Source of the DNA: Acidobacteriota bacterium
GTDB taxonomy: Bacteria > Acidobacteriota > Blastocatellia > Pyrinomonadales > Pyrinomonadaceae
Assembly: GCA_031415455.1 (NCBI GenBank)
Contig: JANORS010000005.1
Span: 134,123-198,122, forward strand
Length of the DNA: 64,000 bases
Direction: 5' to 3'
Below are positions 41,501 through 50,464 of this stretch, one piece after another. The notes beneath the pieces are model-generated. The model did not search any database, had not been told where the DNA came from, and saw only the letters and a list, made by a program, of their open reading frames with translations. Within the stretch, counting starts at the first letter, position 1; the number at the start of each line of letters is the position of its first letter. Made by a program: the position numbers and the translations under genes.

Positions 41501-42253
41501 CCAAACTCCGAACTTGCTGTAATCATTGAGTTTATTGTTTGGCATTACAAATTCATAGATGAAATATGAACCTGTCGGATCACCGGTTTGCGAAACTGCA
41601 ATCATTTGACGAAACGGTGGTGCGAAAGTGCAAAATTGCGAAAGCATCCAACGATCTGCCAAAGTGTCATATAAAACAATCGGATCGCCATCATCGCGAC
41701 TTGAACAAGGTGTTCCAAGTGTTGTAAATAAACTACTTAACCTAAATGGTGGAGTTTGCGGATTACCATTTTTGTCAAAAACACGTATCAGCGAATTTAC
41801 AGCTTGAACATAATGATTTAAGCCAACATCGCCATTTGTGTCCGGCGGAACGATGCGAAATCCATAAGCCGCCGCATTGTCATTACTTGATAAACCGTCA
41901 AATGCCAGACTTGGGTTTGGCATCGGAAGACTTGAAAATCCGTTAAGATTTGCGTCAGCGTCACGAATTGCGTTTGGAGCTATTTTTCTAAAAGGTAGAT
42001 TATTTGGAATTTCGAGCGACTTTTCATCAGCACTTTTTTTACTTTTATTTTTGTTTGGCGAAGCCGGTGGAAATGAACTAACCGGCTCTGAAATACCAAA
42101 AGCTGCTGCTGTTTTAGATTGAGGTTGTAATTCAGAAAGAGTTTCTTTTTGAACAGTTTTTGAATCAAGTGTTGTGCTTTCAACACTTTGCCAATATGCC
42201 AACATCGAAATCGAAGTAGCAACAATCAAAAGTAACGAAATTCTGTTACGCAT
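38507..42253 (-). CDS. Large secreted multidomain protein: unknown ~550-aa N-terminal domain, CarboxypepD_reg-like and CARDB-like Ig folds, MAM/LamG-like domain, six FG-GAP/VCBS-like repeats
   Basis: 1248 aa with a signal peptide. Contains IIGIVTNTETSQPIANALV...YSITATAKGY. The C-terminal 275 aa is 6x DFDGDGK.D.AVFRPS..WY. Confidence 0.7.
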   Translation of the reverse strand: MRNRISLLLIVATSISMLAYWQSVESTTLDSKTVQKETLSELQPQSKTAAAFGISEPVSSFPPASPNKNKSKKSADEKSLEIPNNLPFRKIAPNAIRDADANLNGFSSLPMPNPSLAFDGLSSNDNAAAYGFRIVPPDTNGDVGLNHYVQAVNSLIRVFDKNGNPQTPPFRLSSLFTTLGTPCSSRDDGDPIVLYDTLADRWMLSQFCTFAPPFRQMIAVSQTGDPTGSYFIYEFVMPNNKLNDYSKFGVWSDGYYLATDEFIGSDYAGSGVFAFDRAKMLVGDANASYVYFDLASPSTIRFGGLLPSDLDGMSPPPANTPNTFVGYSATEYGDSADAVRLFDFKPNFANPTLSTFNERAESPVLVAAFDPTSPDGRNDIFPPSPAEALDSQSDRLMYRVGYRNFGTHDSLIFNQTVRTSAIGLPYRAGVRVYELNRIGSTFTLNTASTIGDNESSRWMGSAAQDWQGNSAIGYSFTNDAKVPNVAYSGKLSTESTFRTEGTLANASGVQTAFGFRWGDYSAMNTDVSDDCTFWFTNEYYTLESQNESDFGWLTRIGKFRFAECINAPRSTIIGIVTNTETSQPIANALVTANSTFSRGTNSSGNYGTLLLVPNTYSITATAKGYKSQTITVPTINGQTLTQNFALQPTAVLVNSGTEITAESCSLNQTIDPGEAIQINLALRNTGSRDTANLVATLQPTGGITNPSNAQTYGLLAINGSTVSRPFSFTANSALTCGDEIVLTLSLQDGSENLGTVSFRFNAGKRRFALDEEFDNFPLPNLPKGWTTSSTGMGVNWVLTERSFDTPPNGAYSATPNQIGSNELITPTFSIVSTTAELEFRNKYDLESTFLRNRLYDGSVLEIKIGSGNWQDILAAGGTFLSGGYDGIIDSCCQNPLAGRLGWSGKSGLNNTAVFITTRAKLPASAAGQNVQFRFRVGTDIGGTREGQFIDNFRVLDNYECCRQNLSFKTPFDFDGDGNTDLSVFRPTSADNLPDFVVRQSSNSALQGVSWGTTNDIAVNADYDGDGKTDFAIFRPSTNIWFVLNSSNQTISVNNFGLANDIKTPDDFDGDGKADVAVFRQSNGTWYILNSSNGQIRTSQFGSNQDLPVNADFDNDGKSDIAVFRPNIGVWYVLQSSDNGFRAIQFGQNGDKPVVGDYDGDGKADFAVFRPSNSTWYLQKTTQGFSAFQFGINSDLPLQADFDGDGKRDIAVFRSTNNFWYYLQSLNNNFVSQQFGASGDLPLPTIFVR

Positions 42254-42271
42254 AAAAATAAACTTTCTATT

Positions 42272-43006
42272 TTAATTACAAAATCTATCCAAAAAATGTG
42301 GCAACATTTTTCGCCACCAATCCCAATCGTGATTTACGTCATAACCCCAAACGTCCAAAACGTGCGGAATTCCTTTCGAATTAAGAACATTTGATAAATC
42401 GCGACTTCGGTTTGGAGCTTCAAAAGAACCTTGTCCGGTTGCAATCACAATCGAATCAGCTTTTCTCAAGTTAGATAAATGATAATCATCATTCAAATTT
42501 TGCAAATACTGAATCGGATTATTGAAATAAACATTTTCGTCGAAATAATCTTCTAAGTAGTTGTAAATATTATAGCTTCCACTCATTGCGATTGTTCCGC
42601 GAAAATCGTGTGAATGTTTGAAATAGCAATTTGCCGCGAGAAATGCACCAAGGCTTGCACCGGTCGTTAAAGGTTTTGCATCTTGACCGCATTCATTTCG
42701 AATTAACGGCAAAACTTCTTCCATAACGTAGTTGTCATAACGCGAAAGAAGCTCAGCTTTCCATTGCGGCGAGGCTTGTTTGTTGAGCAAACTATGACGG
42801 TTGACCGAATTTATTGAATAAGCACGAATCATTCCAGCATCAATAAAAGGTTTGATTGCGTCAACAAGCAAAAAACGCTCGTATTCAAGATAATCAGCCG
42901 CGGCGGTCGGAAACATTAAAAGCGGATAACCTGCGTGACCGTAAGCAACTAACGGCATTTCCATGCCCAAATTATGACTATACCAAGACGTTATATCACG
43001 TCGCAT
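42272..43006 (-). CDS. Esterase-family alpha/beta hydrolase (esterase D / enterochelin-esterase-like)
   Basis: 244 aa with nucleophile elbow GASLGA. Confidence 0.6.
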   Translation of the reverse strand: MRRDITSWYSHNLGMEMPLVAYGHAGYPLLMFPTAAADYLEYERFLLVDAIKPFIDAGMIRAYSINSVNRHSLLNKQASPQWKAELLSRYDNYVMEEVLPLIRNECGQDAKPLTTGASLGAFLAANCYFKHSHDFRGTIAMSGSYNIYNYLEDYFDENVYFNNPIQYLQNLNDDYHLSNLRKADSIVIATGQGSFEAPNRSRDLSNVLNSKGIPHVLDVWGYDVNHDWDWWRKMLPHFLDRFCN

Positions 43007-43032
43007 TTTTTAAATTCTCCAAATAAGTAATT

Positions 43033-43680
43033 TCAATAAAGTATAGACGAATTAAAGACTTCTGTGAAATTCTTGACGATTTTTTCTTCAACTTCAGCGA
43101 GCGAAACTTCTTTTCCGAGCAATTTTTCAAGACTCGTTACCGGTTCACCTTCACATGCAATAATCCAATTAAAGTAACTCAAATCTGTGTTTACATTTAG
43201 AGCAAAACCGTGAGTTGTCACCCAACGTTTAATGTGAATTCCAATTGCCGCAATCTTTCCGTCGTGTGTGTGAACGCCTGTAAGTCCTTCAATTCTAAAG
43301 GCTTCAACGTCAAAATCAGCCATTGTTTTAATCAAAACTTCTTCAATATCACGAACATATTTATGAACATCTTCGCGGTCTGGCGAAAGGTTTACAATCG
43401 GATAACCAACAATTTGTCCAATTCCGTGATAAGTGACTTTACCGCCACGATTTATTTCAAAAACCTTTGCATCAAGTTTTTTCAGCATTTCGGCATTTGC
43501 AAGAACACCTTCATTTTTTGCTCTTCGCCCAAGTGTATATGTGTGCGGATGCTCAAGAAGCAACAAAACATCGCGGTCACGATTGACGATTACGTCATTT
43601 TGCGTAGATTTTTGCAGCTCCAAGCCGTTTTCATAATCAAGTTTACCAAGACGGCGAACCTCTAAAAGTCTTTTTTGCAT
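43033..43680 (-). CDS. lipB: Octanoyltransferase (lipoyl(octanoyl) transferase)
   Basis: RGGKVTYHGIGQ motif, lipB-like length and layout. Confidence 0.9.
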   Translation of the reverse strand: MQKRLLEVRRLGKLDYENGLELQKSTQNDVIVNRDRDVLLLLEHPHTYTLGRRAKNEGVLANAEMLKKLDAKVFEINRGGKVTYHGIGQIVGYPIVNLSPDREDVHKYVRDIEEVLIKTMADFDVEAFRIEGLTGVHTHDGKIAAIGIHIKRWVTTHGFALNVNTDLSYFNWIIACEGEPVTSLEKLLGKEVSLAEVEEKIVKNFTEVFNSSILY

Positions 43681-43716
43681 CTCAATTTATGATAAAATTT
43701 AATCGGTAAAAAAACT

Positions 43717-44235
43717 ATGAGAAAAACAATTTTATTCGCGACAGTTTTGATGTGTTTATTTGGCTTGAGCATTTCGGTTGAAGCTCAGAAAAAAAAACCA
43801 ATAAAGAAAAAACCAAAAGTAACAACAGTTTTGGCAAATGAAACGAAAGAAGCTGCTGAAAAAGTTGCGATTCAGATAAATAATGTTTCGAAATTTCTTT
43901 ATTTACTCGGCGGAATTTCACGTGGCATCGAAGATATTGATAAAGATGTGAAGAACGGAAAAATTTCGGTTCGTTCTAAAGTTGCCAACGATAACGAAAG
44001 TTACAAACAAAGCGTTCTAATTGGAGTTAGAAATTTAAGAACCGGTTTGATTCAAATTGAAAGCGATTTTCGTGTGAAACCAAAACTTCAACCTTATCTT
44101 GCAAGTCTTCAAGGTATTACAGAACTTTCAGGAACAGCAGAAGATCAAGCAATGAATGGAAATTTTACAAATTCTGGCAAAACACTTTTGCTTGTAATTG
44201 AAAAACTTGCCGCCGGATTAGTTGCTTTGCCTTAA
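43717..44235 (+). CDS. Secreted hypothetical protein
   Basis: 172 aa. Signal peptide followed by a Lys-rich stretch. Confidence 0.45.
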   Translation: MRKTILFATVLMCLFGLSISVEAQKKKPIKKKPKVTTVLANETKEAAEKVAIQINNVSKFLYLLGGISRGIEDIDKDVKNGKISVRSKVANDNESYKQSVLIGVRNLRTGLIQIESDFRVKPKLQPYLASLQGITELSGTAEDQAMNGNFTNSGKTLLLVIEKLAAGLVALP

Positions 44236-44897
44236 GGTTTTTTTGAAGAAATTTTAATTTCTTTCTCGGTGCAGGCTTCAATAACTTTTTTTTCAGCCGA
44301 AGCGACTTTTTTGTCTTCGGCTGAAAGTCCTAATTGCTTTCTGATAAAAAGCTCAGTTTCGTCATTAATAAATTCTCCGTTGACGATAAACGCCTTTTTT
44401 GTAAGAAATTCGCTGTCTTTTTTGATTTCATCTGGAATAAGAAACAAATTCCACGGTGAACCCCAATTTCTTGTGTCACCTGTTTTCATCCGATATTCAT
44501 AATGTGGAGTTTTCTGTTTGGCATCGCGTGTTTCTGATTCAGAAACTACTGTAAAAGTTAAGGCTTTTTCAATTAAATGCTTTTTTACTAGATCAATTGA
44601 TTCATATTCGCTGACACCAATTACGTCAAATCCTTTGTCTTTATATTTTGCATAAAGCGATTGAGTTAAAGGTGCCTGATATTTCCAGTTTGGACACCAA
44701 GCCGCAAAATAAACAACCATTACGAGCTTTTTGCCTTTTGCAAATTCACGCAAATTAACATCTTTACCGTCAACAACATTCTTGTAAGTCCAATCTTGAT
44801 ATTTCACCTCTTTTTCTACAATAGGTGAATATTCATGCTGTGCAGAAATTGCACTGAATGCTAATAACATAAGAAATAAAGCCGCAAATAATTTCAT
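44232..44897 (-). CDS. TlpA/AhpC-like thioredoxin-fold protein, secreted, single active-site Cys
   Basis: FAAWCPNW sits where the CxxC motif would be, with the second Cys absent. ATG 44897 gives a normal signal peptide (MKLFAALFLMLLAFSAISA). Confidence 0.6.
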   Translation of the reverse strand: MKLFAALFLMLLAFSAISAQHEYSPIVEKEVKYQDWTYKNVVDGKDVNLREFAKGKKLVMVVYFAAWCPNWKYQAPLTQSLYAKYKDKGFDVIGVSEYESIDLVKKHLIEKALTFTVVSESETRDAKQKTPHYEYRMKTGDTRNWGSPWNLFLIPDEIKKDSEFLTKKAFIVNGEFINDETELFIRKQLGLSAEDKKVASAEKKVIEACTEKEIKISSKKP

Positions 44898-45032
44898 ATT
44901 GAAAAACCCCAAAAACCTTATCAGAAACAAAAGATAAACCTTGTGATGATTAAATTCAAGAAAAAGGTGCAAAAAAAAGCGACTTGCAAAGAAGCCGCGG
45001 TTTCAAAACAATAAGGTTTTGACTTTAATTTT

Positions 45033-45245
45033 TTAAACCTCAACCTTCAAAACGTTCTCAGCTTGAGGTCCTTTCGGTCCAGTTGTTACTTCAAATTCAA
45101 CATCTTGACCTTGAATCAAAGTTTTGTAACCATCTCCACCAATCGCACTGTAATGAACAAAAATATCTTGCTCGCCGTCTTGTTCGATGAAACCGTAACC
45201 TTTTGCGTTATTAAACCATTTAACTTTACCAATACTTTTTGACAT
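45033..45245 (-). CDS. cspA: Cold-shock protein (CspA family)
   Basis: 70 aa. RNP1 KGYGFI and RNP2 VFVHYS. Confidence 0.95.
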   Translation of the reverse strand: MSKSIGKVKWFNNAKGYGFIEQDGEQDIFVHYSAIGGDGYKTLIQGQDVEFEVTTGPKGPQAENVLKVEV

Positions 45246-45506
45246 GTTTTTCTAATTCCTCCTGCAAACTTCAGTGAATTTTTCACTACTTAAGGGATAT
45301 TTTGAAAATATTTCTCATTTTCAAAGCTAATTTGTTCAAGATAAAAACAACAATCGCAATGCTAAACCCTGATTTTATTCAGAATTTTTCAGTTGCAAAT
45401 TTAACCATTAATCAATCTGAAAATGAAAAATTTCACTCAAAATTAACTAATCTTTTAAATCGCAAGATTCTTTAAATTTTATTGATGTTTTATTAGAACG
45501 ACACGA

Positions 45507-45535
45507 AATTTAACTAATAGTTTCAGTTATGTCAA
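45507..45535 (-). promoter_or_regulatory. Sigma-70-type promoter for csp
   Basis: Minus strand TTGACA-17 nt-TAAATT, implying a ~255-nt 5' UTR. Confidence 0.4.
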
Positions 45536-45616
45536 GAAAAATTTGGTAATTTGTTACATATTTAAGACAAAAACATTAAAAAAGCTCAAATTTGCTAAAA
45601 AATGGTCAAATTTGGG

Positions 45617-46627
45617 TTATAACATTTTTATAAGAAACGGCATTTCTGCCAAAACGTGAGCCATCGCAAAAGCAAAATACACATCTCTCGTAAAAGTGTA
45701 GTTTGTAAAAAATCCAAACCATAATGTGAAAATCAGTAAAACGCTTAACCCCAACAAACCAATGACAAGTTTTGGAAAACCTTTTTCTTTTGCAAACATC
45801 GGAATTTGATTTAATTTCCATGGAACTGCTCGAAAATCGACTAAAGGAATTAACAAGATCCAAACAGCATAATGAATTGTTTCAAGAAAAACGTGAGTCG
45901 CAACGAGAAAATGACTTGAAACATTTGTCAAAATTCCGCTTCCGGCGTGTTGGGTTATTCGCCAAAACAGTTGGGTTTCTTCTGACAAATTTGGTTGATT
46001 TGCAAAGATAAACCAAAGTGAAATAACGAAAAATGGAATTGTTGCCAAACAGAAATGATAAGCCTTAAGCCATTCTGGTTTAGTGCGTCGAATTTGCCTT
46101 TCAAGGAACCACATTGCAACAAATGGGTGCAAGTAAACAAGCGAAAGACTCCAATAATTCGGAAACATCCAAGCGATTGCCGAAACAAGAAATGCTATTG
46201 CAAATGCTAAGCTCCAATCTTTTCGTTTCTGCTTTCCACGCAGAAAAAAGAGCAATGCAAACCACAAAACAAAAAGCGTATTCCAACAGGCAACGACAAT
46301 TCCATAATTTGTTAAGCTCCAAAGCCAGTTTCCGCTACCGAAATAAATCAAAAGATAAATTGCAGTTAAAAAAATAGTTCCGGCAATTCCTACACTATAA
46401 AAAAGTTTCGATTTACCCCAACGAAGCGGCATTCGGGCGAGAAAATAACGAAACTCAAAAAAATTGTGGATTCCAGCAAATAGAAAAATCGTGACGATTG
46501 ATAATGTAAGTGGTTGCCAGCCGATCAGAATTGCGACAATTGAGCAGGAAAAAATAAACACACAAACAAAAATGAGCGGTGAAATAGCCGCTCTATTTTG
46601 TTTACTAAAATTATTTACCGTCTCCAT
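45617..46627 (-). CDS. Polytopic integral membrane protein, unknown function
   Basis: 336 aa with about 9-10 hydrophobic helices and several conserved-looking His residues. Confidence 0.5.
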   Translation of the reverse strand: METVNNFSKQNRAAISPLIFVCVFIFSCSIVAILIGWQPLTLSIVTIFLFAGIHNFFEFRYFLARMPLRWGKSKLFYSVGIAGTIFLTAIYLLIYFGSGNWLWSLTNYGIVVACWNTLFVLWFALLFFLRGKQKRKDWSLAFAIAFLVSAIAWMFPNYWSLSLVYLHPFVAMWFLERQIRRTKPEWLKAYHFCLATIPFFVISLWFIFANQPNLSEETQLFWRITQHAGSGILTNVSSHFLVATHVFLETIHYAVWILLIPLVDFRAVPWKLNQIPMFAKEKGFPKLVIGLLGLSVLLIFTLWFGFFTNYTFTRDVYFAFAMAHVLAEMPFLIKML

Positions 46628-46633
46628 TTTCTT

Positions 46634-47356
46634 TTATTTAACGCTTTCAAGAATAAAAGTTTCTATCTCAATTTTAAGATTGCCATCGGTTTCTTTTTGA
46701 ATGTTTACCAACATTTGTTTGCCCCAATTTTCTATTGATGCAGTAATATCGTCCATCACATTCGTGATTAACTTATCAGTAAACTTTTCGAATGTTGGCA
46801 TTTTTACAGCAGTCGCAAACTTCATAAAAAGTTCTTCTCCCTCGGCTCCTATTTCTGATTCTTTTCCGTTAATTCCGCCGGAAACCTTTTCATTAAAGAC
46901 TTTAATAAACACTTTACCATTCTCGGTTTTGAAAAAAGTGTTTAGCCTTCGCAACTCTACTAAAGTGAACTGCATCGAATATTGTTTCTCGAGCGATTTT
47001 GTTGCCCACGACTTAACGTTAAAATCACGCTCCATAATACCGAGAGTTTTTTGCGATAAACTTTTTGCAAAAGCAGGAATTTTCAATTTAATTTCCGCTT
47101 TTTTTTCTTCAGTCAGATTAGACTGCTCCAGTTGTTCTCTCAATTTACCATTAATGCTTGCTTCAATTTCAATCGCTGCCTCTTTATTTTTTGTTTTTAG
47201 TGTATTTTCAAAAATTTGAATTGGAAATAGATCCACTGTGTTTACAGCCAATTGGGTTGCTAATTTCTTTGCCGCTGGCGAAGTTGCTTTTTGGGCAAAC
47301 GAAATTTGCATTAACGCAACAATAACAACAGAAATTATAATTAATTTTTTAAACAT
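46634..47356 (-). CDS. Secreted hypothetical protein
   Basis: 240 aa, signal peptide, helical and Lys/Glu-rich. Confidence 0.45.
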   Translation of the reverse strand: MFKKLIIISVVIVALMQISFAQKATSPAAKKLATQLAVNTVDLFPIQIFENTLKTKNKEAAIEIEASINGKLREQLEQSNLTEEKKAEIKLKIPAFAKSLSQKTLGIMERDFNVKSWATKSLEKQYSMQFTLVELRRLNTFFKTENGKVFIKVFNEKVSGGINGKESEIGAEGEELFMKFATAVKMPTFEKFTDKLITNVMDDITASIENWGKQMLVNIQKETDGNLKIEIETFILESVK

Positions 47357-47451
47357 TTGTGCTCCATTTAATTTGGCATTGAGGTCGAACGGTTAAAAAT
47401 TCGACCTCTTAACTTGAATCGCAAGAAAAGTATTCAAACTGGGTCAAAATT

Positions 47452-48066
47452 CTATTCTTTGTCAGTTTTATTTGAATCATCATTTAATGGAACCAGAAGT
47501 TTTATGTCCGTGTTTGATTCGGCTACGACTTTAACCCGAACTTTTCCGCGTGCATAAGCAAATTGTTGAATTTCATCGGCGAAAATGTTTTTTGAAATTG
47601 AAAATAAACGAGGTGGTGCAACATTTCCCCAAACCAAAACGGTTGAAGCACCAAAAAAAGCGACTGCAAATAAAGCTACAGTAGCTTTACTCGGCTTATT
47701 TTTCACAAACCAAACTCCTCCAAAAACAAATGCAAGCGACAAAAACAATCCACCAACAATCGTTTGAATCGAACCGATTGTTGAAGCTGATTTTGTTCCT
47801 TCGTTTTCTGTTTGCGTTGCGAGATTGTCTATTCCTTCGGCTTCATCCAAAGCGGCACGGAGATTTTTGACCGAACTCTTTTTTATAACAAGAGTCGGCT
47901 CAGAAACTTCCGAAGTTACGTCAATCATCAAATCAACCTGTTTTCCGGTTATCGGTTTCATTGTAGCTGTTGGCTGTGGTTTTGGCGGTTCCGGCATACG
48001 AATGTCGGCGAACGCATATATCGAAAGAAATGCAACCAAAATTGCAATTAGGGATAGTTTTTTCAT
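47452..48066 (-). CDS. Hypothetical envelope protein (signal peptide plus two C-terminal TM helices)
   Basis: 204 aa. MKKLSLIAILVAFLSIYA signal and hydrophobic segments near residues 100-145. Confidence 0.45.
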   Translation of the reverse strand: MKKLSLIAILVAFLSIYAFADIRMPEPPKPQPTATMKPITGKQVDLMIDVTSEVSEPTLVIKKSSVKNLRAALDEAEGIDNLATQTENEGTKSASTIGSIQTIVGGLFLSLAFVFGGVWFVKNKPSKATVALFAVAFFGASTVLVWGNVAPPRLFSISKNIFADEIQQFAYARGKVRVKVVAESNTDIKLLVPLNDDSNKTDKE

Positions 48067-48173
48067 TATTTTCTCCAGATTAGTTTTGTCAAACTGAGCA
48101 ATTATAGCAAGAATTTGGTAAATATTACCTGCAAATTTTACGTGGTTCGCTGTTTGGGTTAATATTTCACATT

Positions 48174-49475
48174 ATGCGAACACAACTTAAAAAATTTATT
48201 GAAGCGATTGGTAAAGATTCAATTGCAATTATTCCGGCTAACCATGAACAAACACGGAGTTACGACACCGAATTTAAGTTTCATCAGAATCCAGATTTTC
48301 AATATCTAACGGGTTTTCCTGAACCTGATGCGGTTGCAGTAATCGACCCTGCAAGCAAGAAAAATCCATACACTCTTTATGTTCGACCAAAAGATGAAAA
48401 AATGGAGACTTGGTATGGCAGACGCGAAGGCATTGAAGGTGCGAAAAAGAATTATAAAGCTGATAAAGCTGTTTCTATTGAACAACTAGAAAAAGATTTC
48501 GCCAAGCTGGTTAATGGACACGACAAGCTTTATTACCGCTTTGGTGTTGATAAAAATCTTGATGCGGTTGTACTCAAATATCTATCGTTAGGTCGTTTTG
48601 GGAGGCTCAAAACTCCGTATCCGCCACACACAATTATTGATCCAACAATTTTGATTCATGAAATGCGTCTTCATAAAACGCCGGAAGAGATTGAACTGAT
48701 GAAGCGTGCGGGAGAAATTGGAGCTGATGCACACATTCTTGCAATGCAAAGCTGCAAACCGGGAATGAATGAATCACAGATCGAATCAATTATCGAACAC
48801 TATTTCCGTATGAATGGAGCAATTGGAACTGCTTACAATTCGATTGTCGGCGGTGGCAAAAATGCTTGCATTCTCCATTATGTAGAAAACAATGCACCGC
48901 TGAAAGATGGTGATTTATTATTGATTGACGCTGGTTGTAATTACGAAGGTTATTCATCAGACATTACTAGAACATTTCCAATTAACGGTAAGTTTACGCC
49001 TGCCCAACGAGAAATATACGATGTAGTTTTGGAAGTTCAATTGGCTTGCATCGATCTGACAAAAGTGGGCGTAACCGTCAAAGACAGACAAAAAGCCTCA
49101 ATTGAAATGCTAACTGAAGGAATGGTCAAAATTGGACTTCTCAAAGGAAAGGTAAAAGATTTAATCAAGAAAAAAGCATACATGAAATATTATATGCACG
49201 GTGTTGGGCATTATCTCGGGCTTGATGTTCATGATGCCGGAAGATATTTTACCGATCAAGCTGCCAAAAAATCGCGTCCATACGAAGCGGGAATGGTTTT
49301 AACAGTCGAACCGGGAATTTATGTTCCACCAAATGATAAATCTGCACCAGCAAAATTCCGTGGAATCGGCGTGAGGCTCGAAGACGATGTTTTAATTACT
49401 GAAACCGGAAATTTGAATCTGACCTCGAAAGTGACGAAAGATCCTGATGAAATTGAGGCTTTGATGGCAGGTTAA
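48174..49475 (+). CDS. pepP: Xaa-Pro aminopeptidase (M24B)
   Basis: Metal-ligand motifs LIDAG, HGVGHYLGLDVHD, VEPGIY. Confidence 0.9.
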   Translation: MRTQLKKFIEAIGKDSIAIIPANHEQTRSYDTEFKFHQNPDFQYLTGFPEPDAVAVIDPASKKNPYTLYVRPKDEKMETWYGRREGIEGAKKNYKADKAVSIEQLEKDFAKLVNGHDKLYYRFGVDKNLDAVVLKYLSLGRFGRLKTPYPPHTIIDPTILIHEMRLHKTPEEIELMKRAGEIGADAHILAMQSCKPGMNESQIESIIEHYFRMNGAIGTAYNSIVGGGKNACILHYVENNAPLKDGDLLLIDAGCNYEGYSSDITRTFPINGKFTPAQREIYDVVLEVQLACIDLTKVGVTVKDRQKASIEMLTEGMVKIGLLKGKVKDLIKKKAYMKYYMHGVGHYLGLDVHDAGRYFTDQAAKKSRPYEAGMVLTVEPGIYVPPNDKSAPAKFRGIGVRLEDDVLITETGNLNLTSKVTKDPDEIEALMAG

Positions 49476-49479
49476 TATT

Positions 49480-49752
49480 ATGGATTGGAAAATATTTGCA
49501 ACCGCGTTTGTTACACTTTTTGTTGCTGAACTTGGCGATAAAACTCAGCTTGCGGTTATTTCGATGACGGCTAACACCTCGAAGATTTGGTCAGTTTTTC
49601 TCGGGGCGAGTTTGGCATTGGTTTGTGTTACGCTTTTGGGAGTTTTGTTTGGCGGCATTATTACGCAATATGTGCCGACAGAATGGCTTCAGCGGATTGT
49701 TGCCGCTTCTTTTATTATTATTGGAATTTTAATGCTTTTAGGTAAATTATAA
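49480..49752 (+). CDS. GDT1/TMEM165 (UPF0016) family membrane protein, single-repeat form
   Basis: 90 aa with signature ELGDKTQ. Confidence 0.75.
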   Translation: MDWKIFATAFVTLFVAELGDKTQLAVISMTANTSKIWSVFLGASLALVCVTLLGVLFGGIITQYVPTEWLQRIVAASFIIIGILMLLGKL

Positions 49753-49755
49753 TTT

Positions 49756-50262
49756 GTGGCGAAAAGAATTGTTTTCACAGGATTTATGGGCGTTGGGAAA
49801 TCGACTGTCGCGAAATGTCTCTCATACATTCTGCGATGCGATAGAGTTGACCTCGATATTTTTATTGAAAAAGCCGAAAATCGCGAGATTATTGACATAA
49901 TAGACCAAGACGGCGAAGACAGATTTCGCGATATTGAAACTGAAAGCCTCAAAAAAATTCTTAATGGAACAAAAATACCGATAATTTCGCTTGGTGGCGG
50001 AACTTGGATTAACGAAGAAAATCGTAAAATAATTAAAGCTGAAAATTGCACAACGGTTTGGCTTGAATCAACCTTTGAGCATTGTTGGCGAAATATTAAT
50101 AACTCAAAAACTCGACGTCCATTGGCTAAAAACCGCCAAATTGCTGAAAATTTGTTTAATGACAGGCAAAAATATTATTGTCTTTCTGATTGGCATTTTA
50201 TCGTCAAACCGGAACTTACATCTTTTGAAATTGCTAAACAAATTGCGGAAGAAATATTTTAA
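49756..50262 (+). CDS. aroK: Shikimate kinase
   Basis: GTG start. P-loop GFMGVGKST and SLGGG. Confidence 0.85.
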   Translation: MAKRIVFTGFMGVGKSTVAKCLSYILRCDRVDLDIFIEKAENREIIDIIDQDGEDRFRDIETESLKKILNGTKIPIISLGGGTWINEENRKIIKAENCTTVWLESTFEHCWRNINNSKTRRPLAKNRQIAENLFNDRQKYYCLSDWHFIVKPELTSFEIAKQIAEEIF

Positions 50263-50305
50263 TTTATTATTATGTGAATTTTTTCTTAAAATGAGTTAGA
50301 TTAGA

Positions 50306-50334
50306 TTGACAAAGATATAGTAGTCGAGTATTTT
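50306..50334 (+). promoter_or_regulatory. Sigma-70-type promoter
   Basis: TTGACA-17 nt-TATTTT, about 130 nt upstream of the BON gene. Confidence 0.4.
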
Positions 50335-50464
50335 CATTTGGACTTGTTGATAAGAGACATTTCAAATGTTAATAAAATTCATATAAGTCTTTGAAACGCA
50401 ATAACTTAAGAGTTATTCGTATTTGTTAAAACAAAATATTTGGAAGAAATTTTCTGGAGGGAAA

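Noticed and set aside
38578-42225. ORFs of 66-116 aa inside or antisense to the 1248-aa gene. Similar ORFs lie at 55727..57861 inside the 708-aa gene.
   Set aside because: They are generated by the repetitive FG-GAP and PTAS coding repeats. They have no independent signals and are fully nested.
43210-43665. A 151-aa antisense ORF opposite lipB and a 172-aa antisense ORF (46701..47219) opposite the 240-aa secreted protein gene.
   Set aside because: These are long only because the DNA is AT-rich and poor in stop codons on that frame. The translations are Phe/Ile/Asn/Ser-rich with no motifs. The lipB sense frame has the diagnostic RGGKVTYHGIGQ motif.
45606-45863. An 85-aa ORF overlapping the 3' end of the 336-aa membrane protein gene in another frame.
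   Set aside because: It is nested in a longer ORF with a consistent transmembrane pattern and has no independent start context.
47379-47406. Perfect 9-bp hairpin GAGGTCGAA-N10-TTCGACCTC between two minus-strand genes.
   Set aside because: No T-tract follows on the transcribed strand. It is probably an mRNA-stabilising or processing element inside an operon and is not reported as a terminator.
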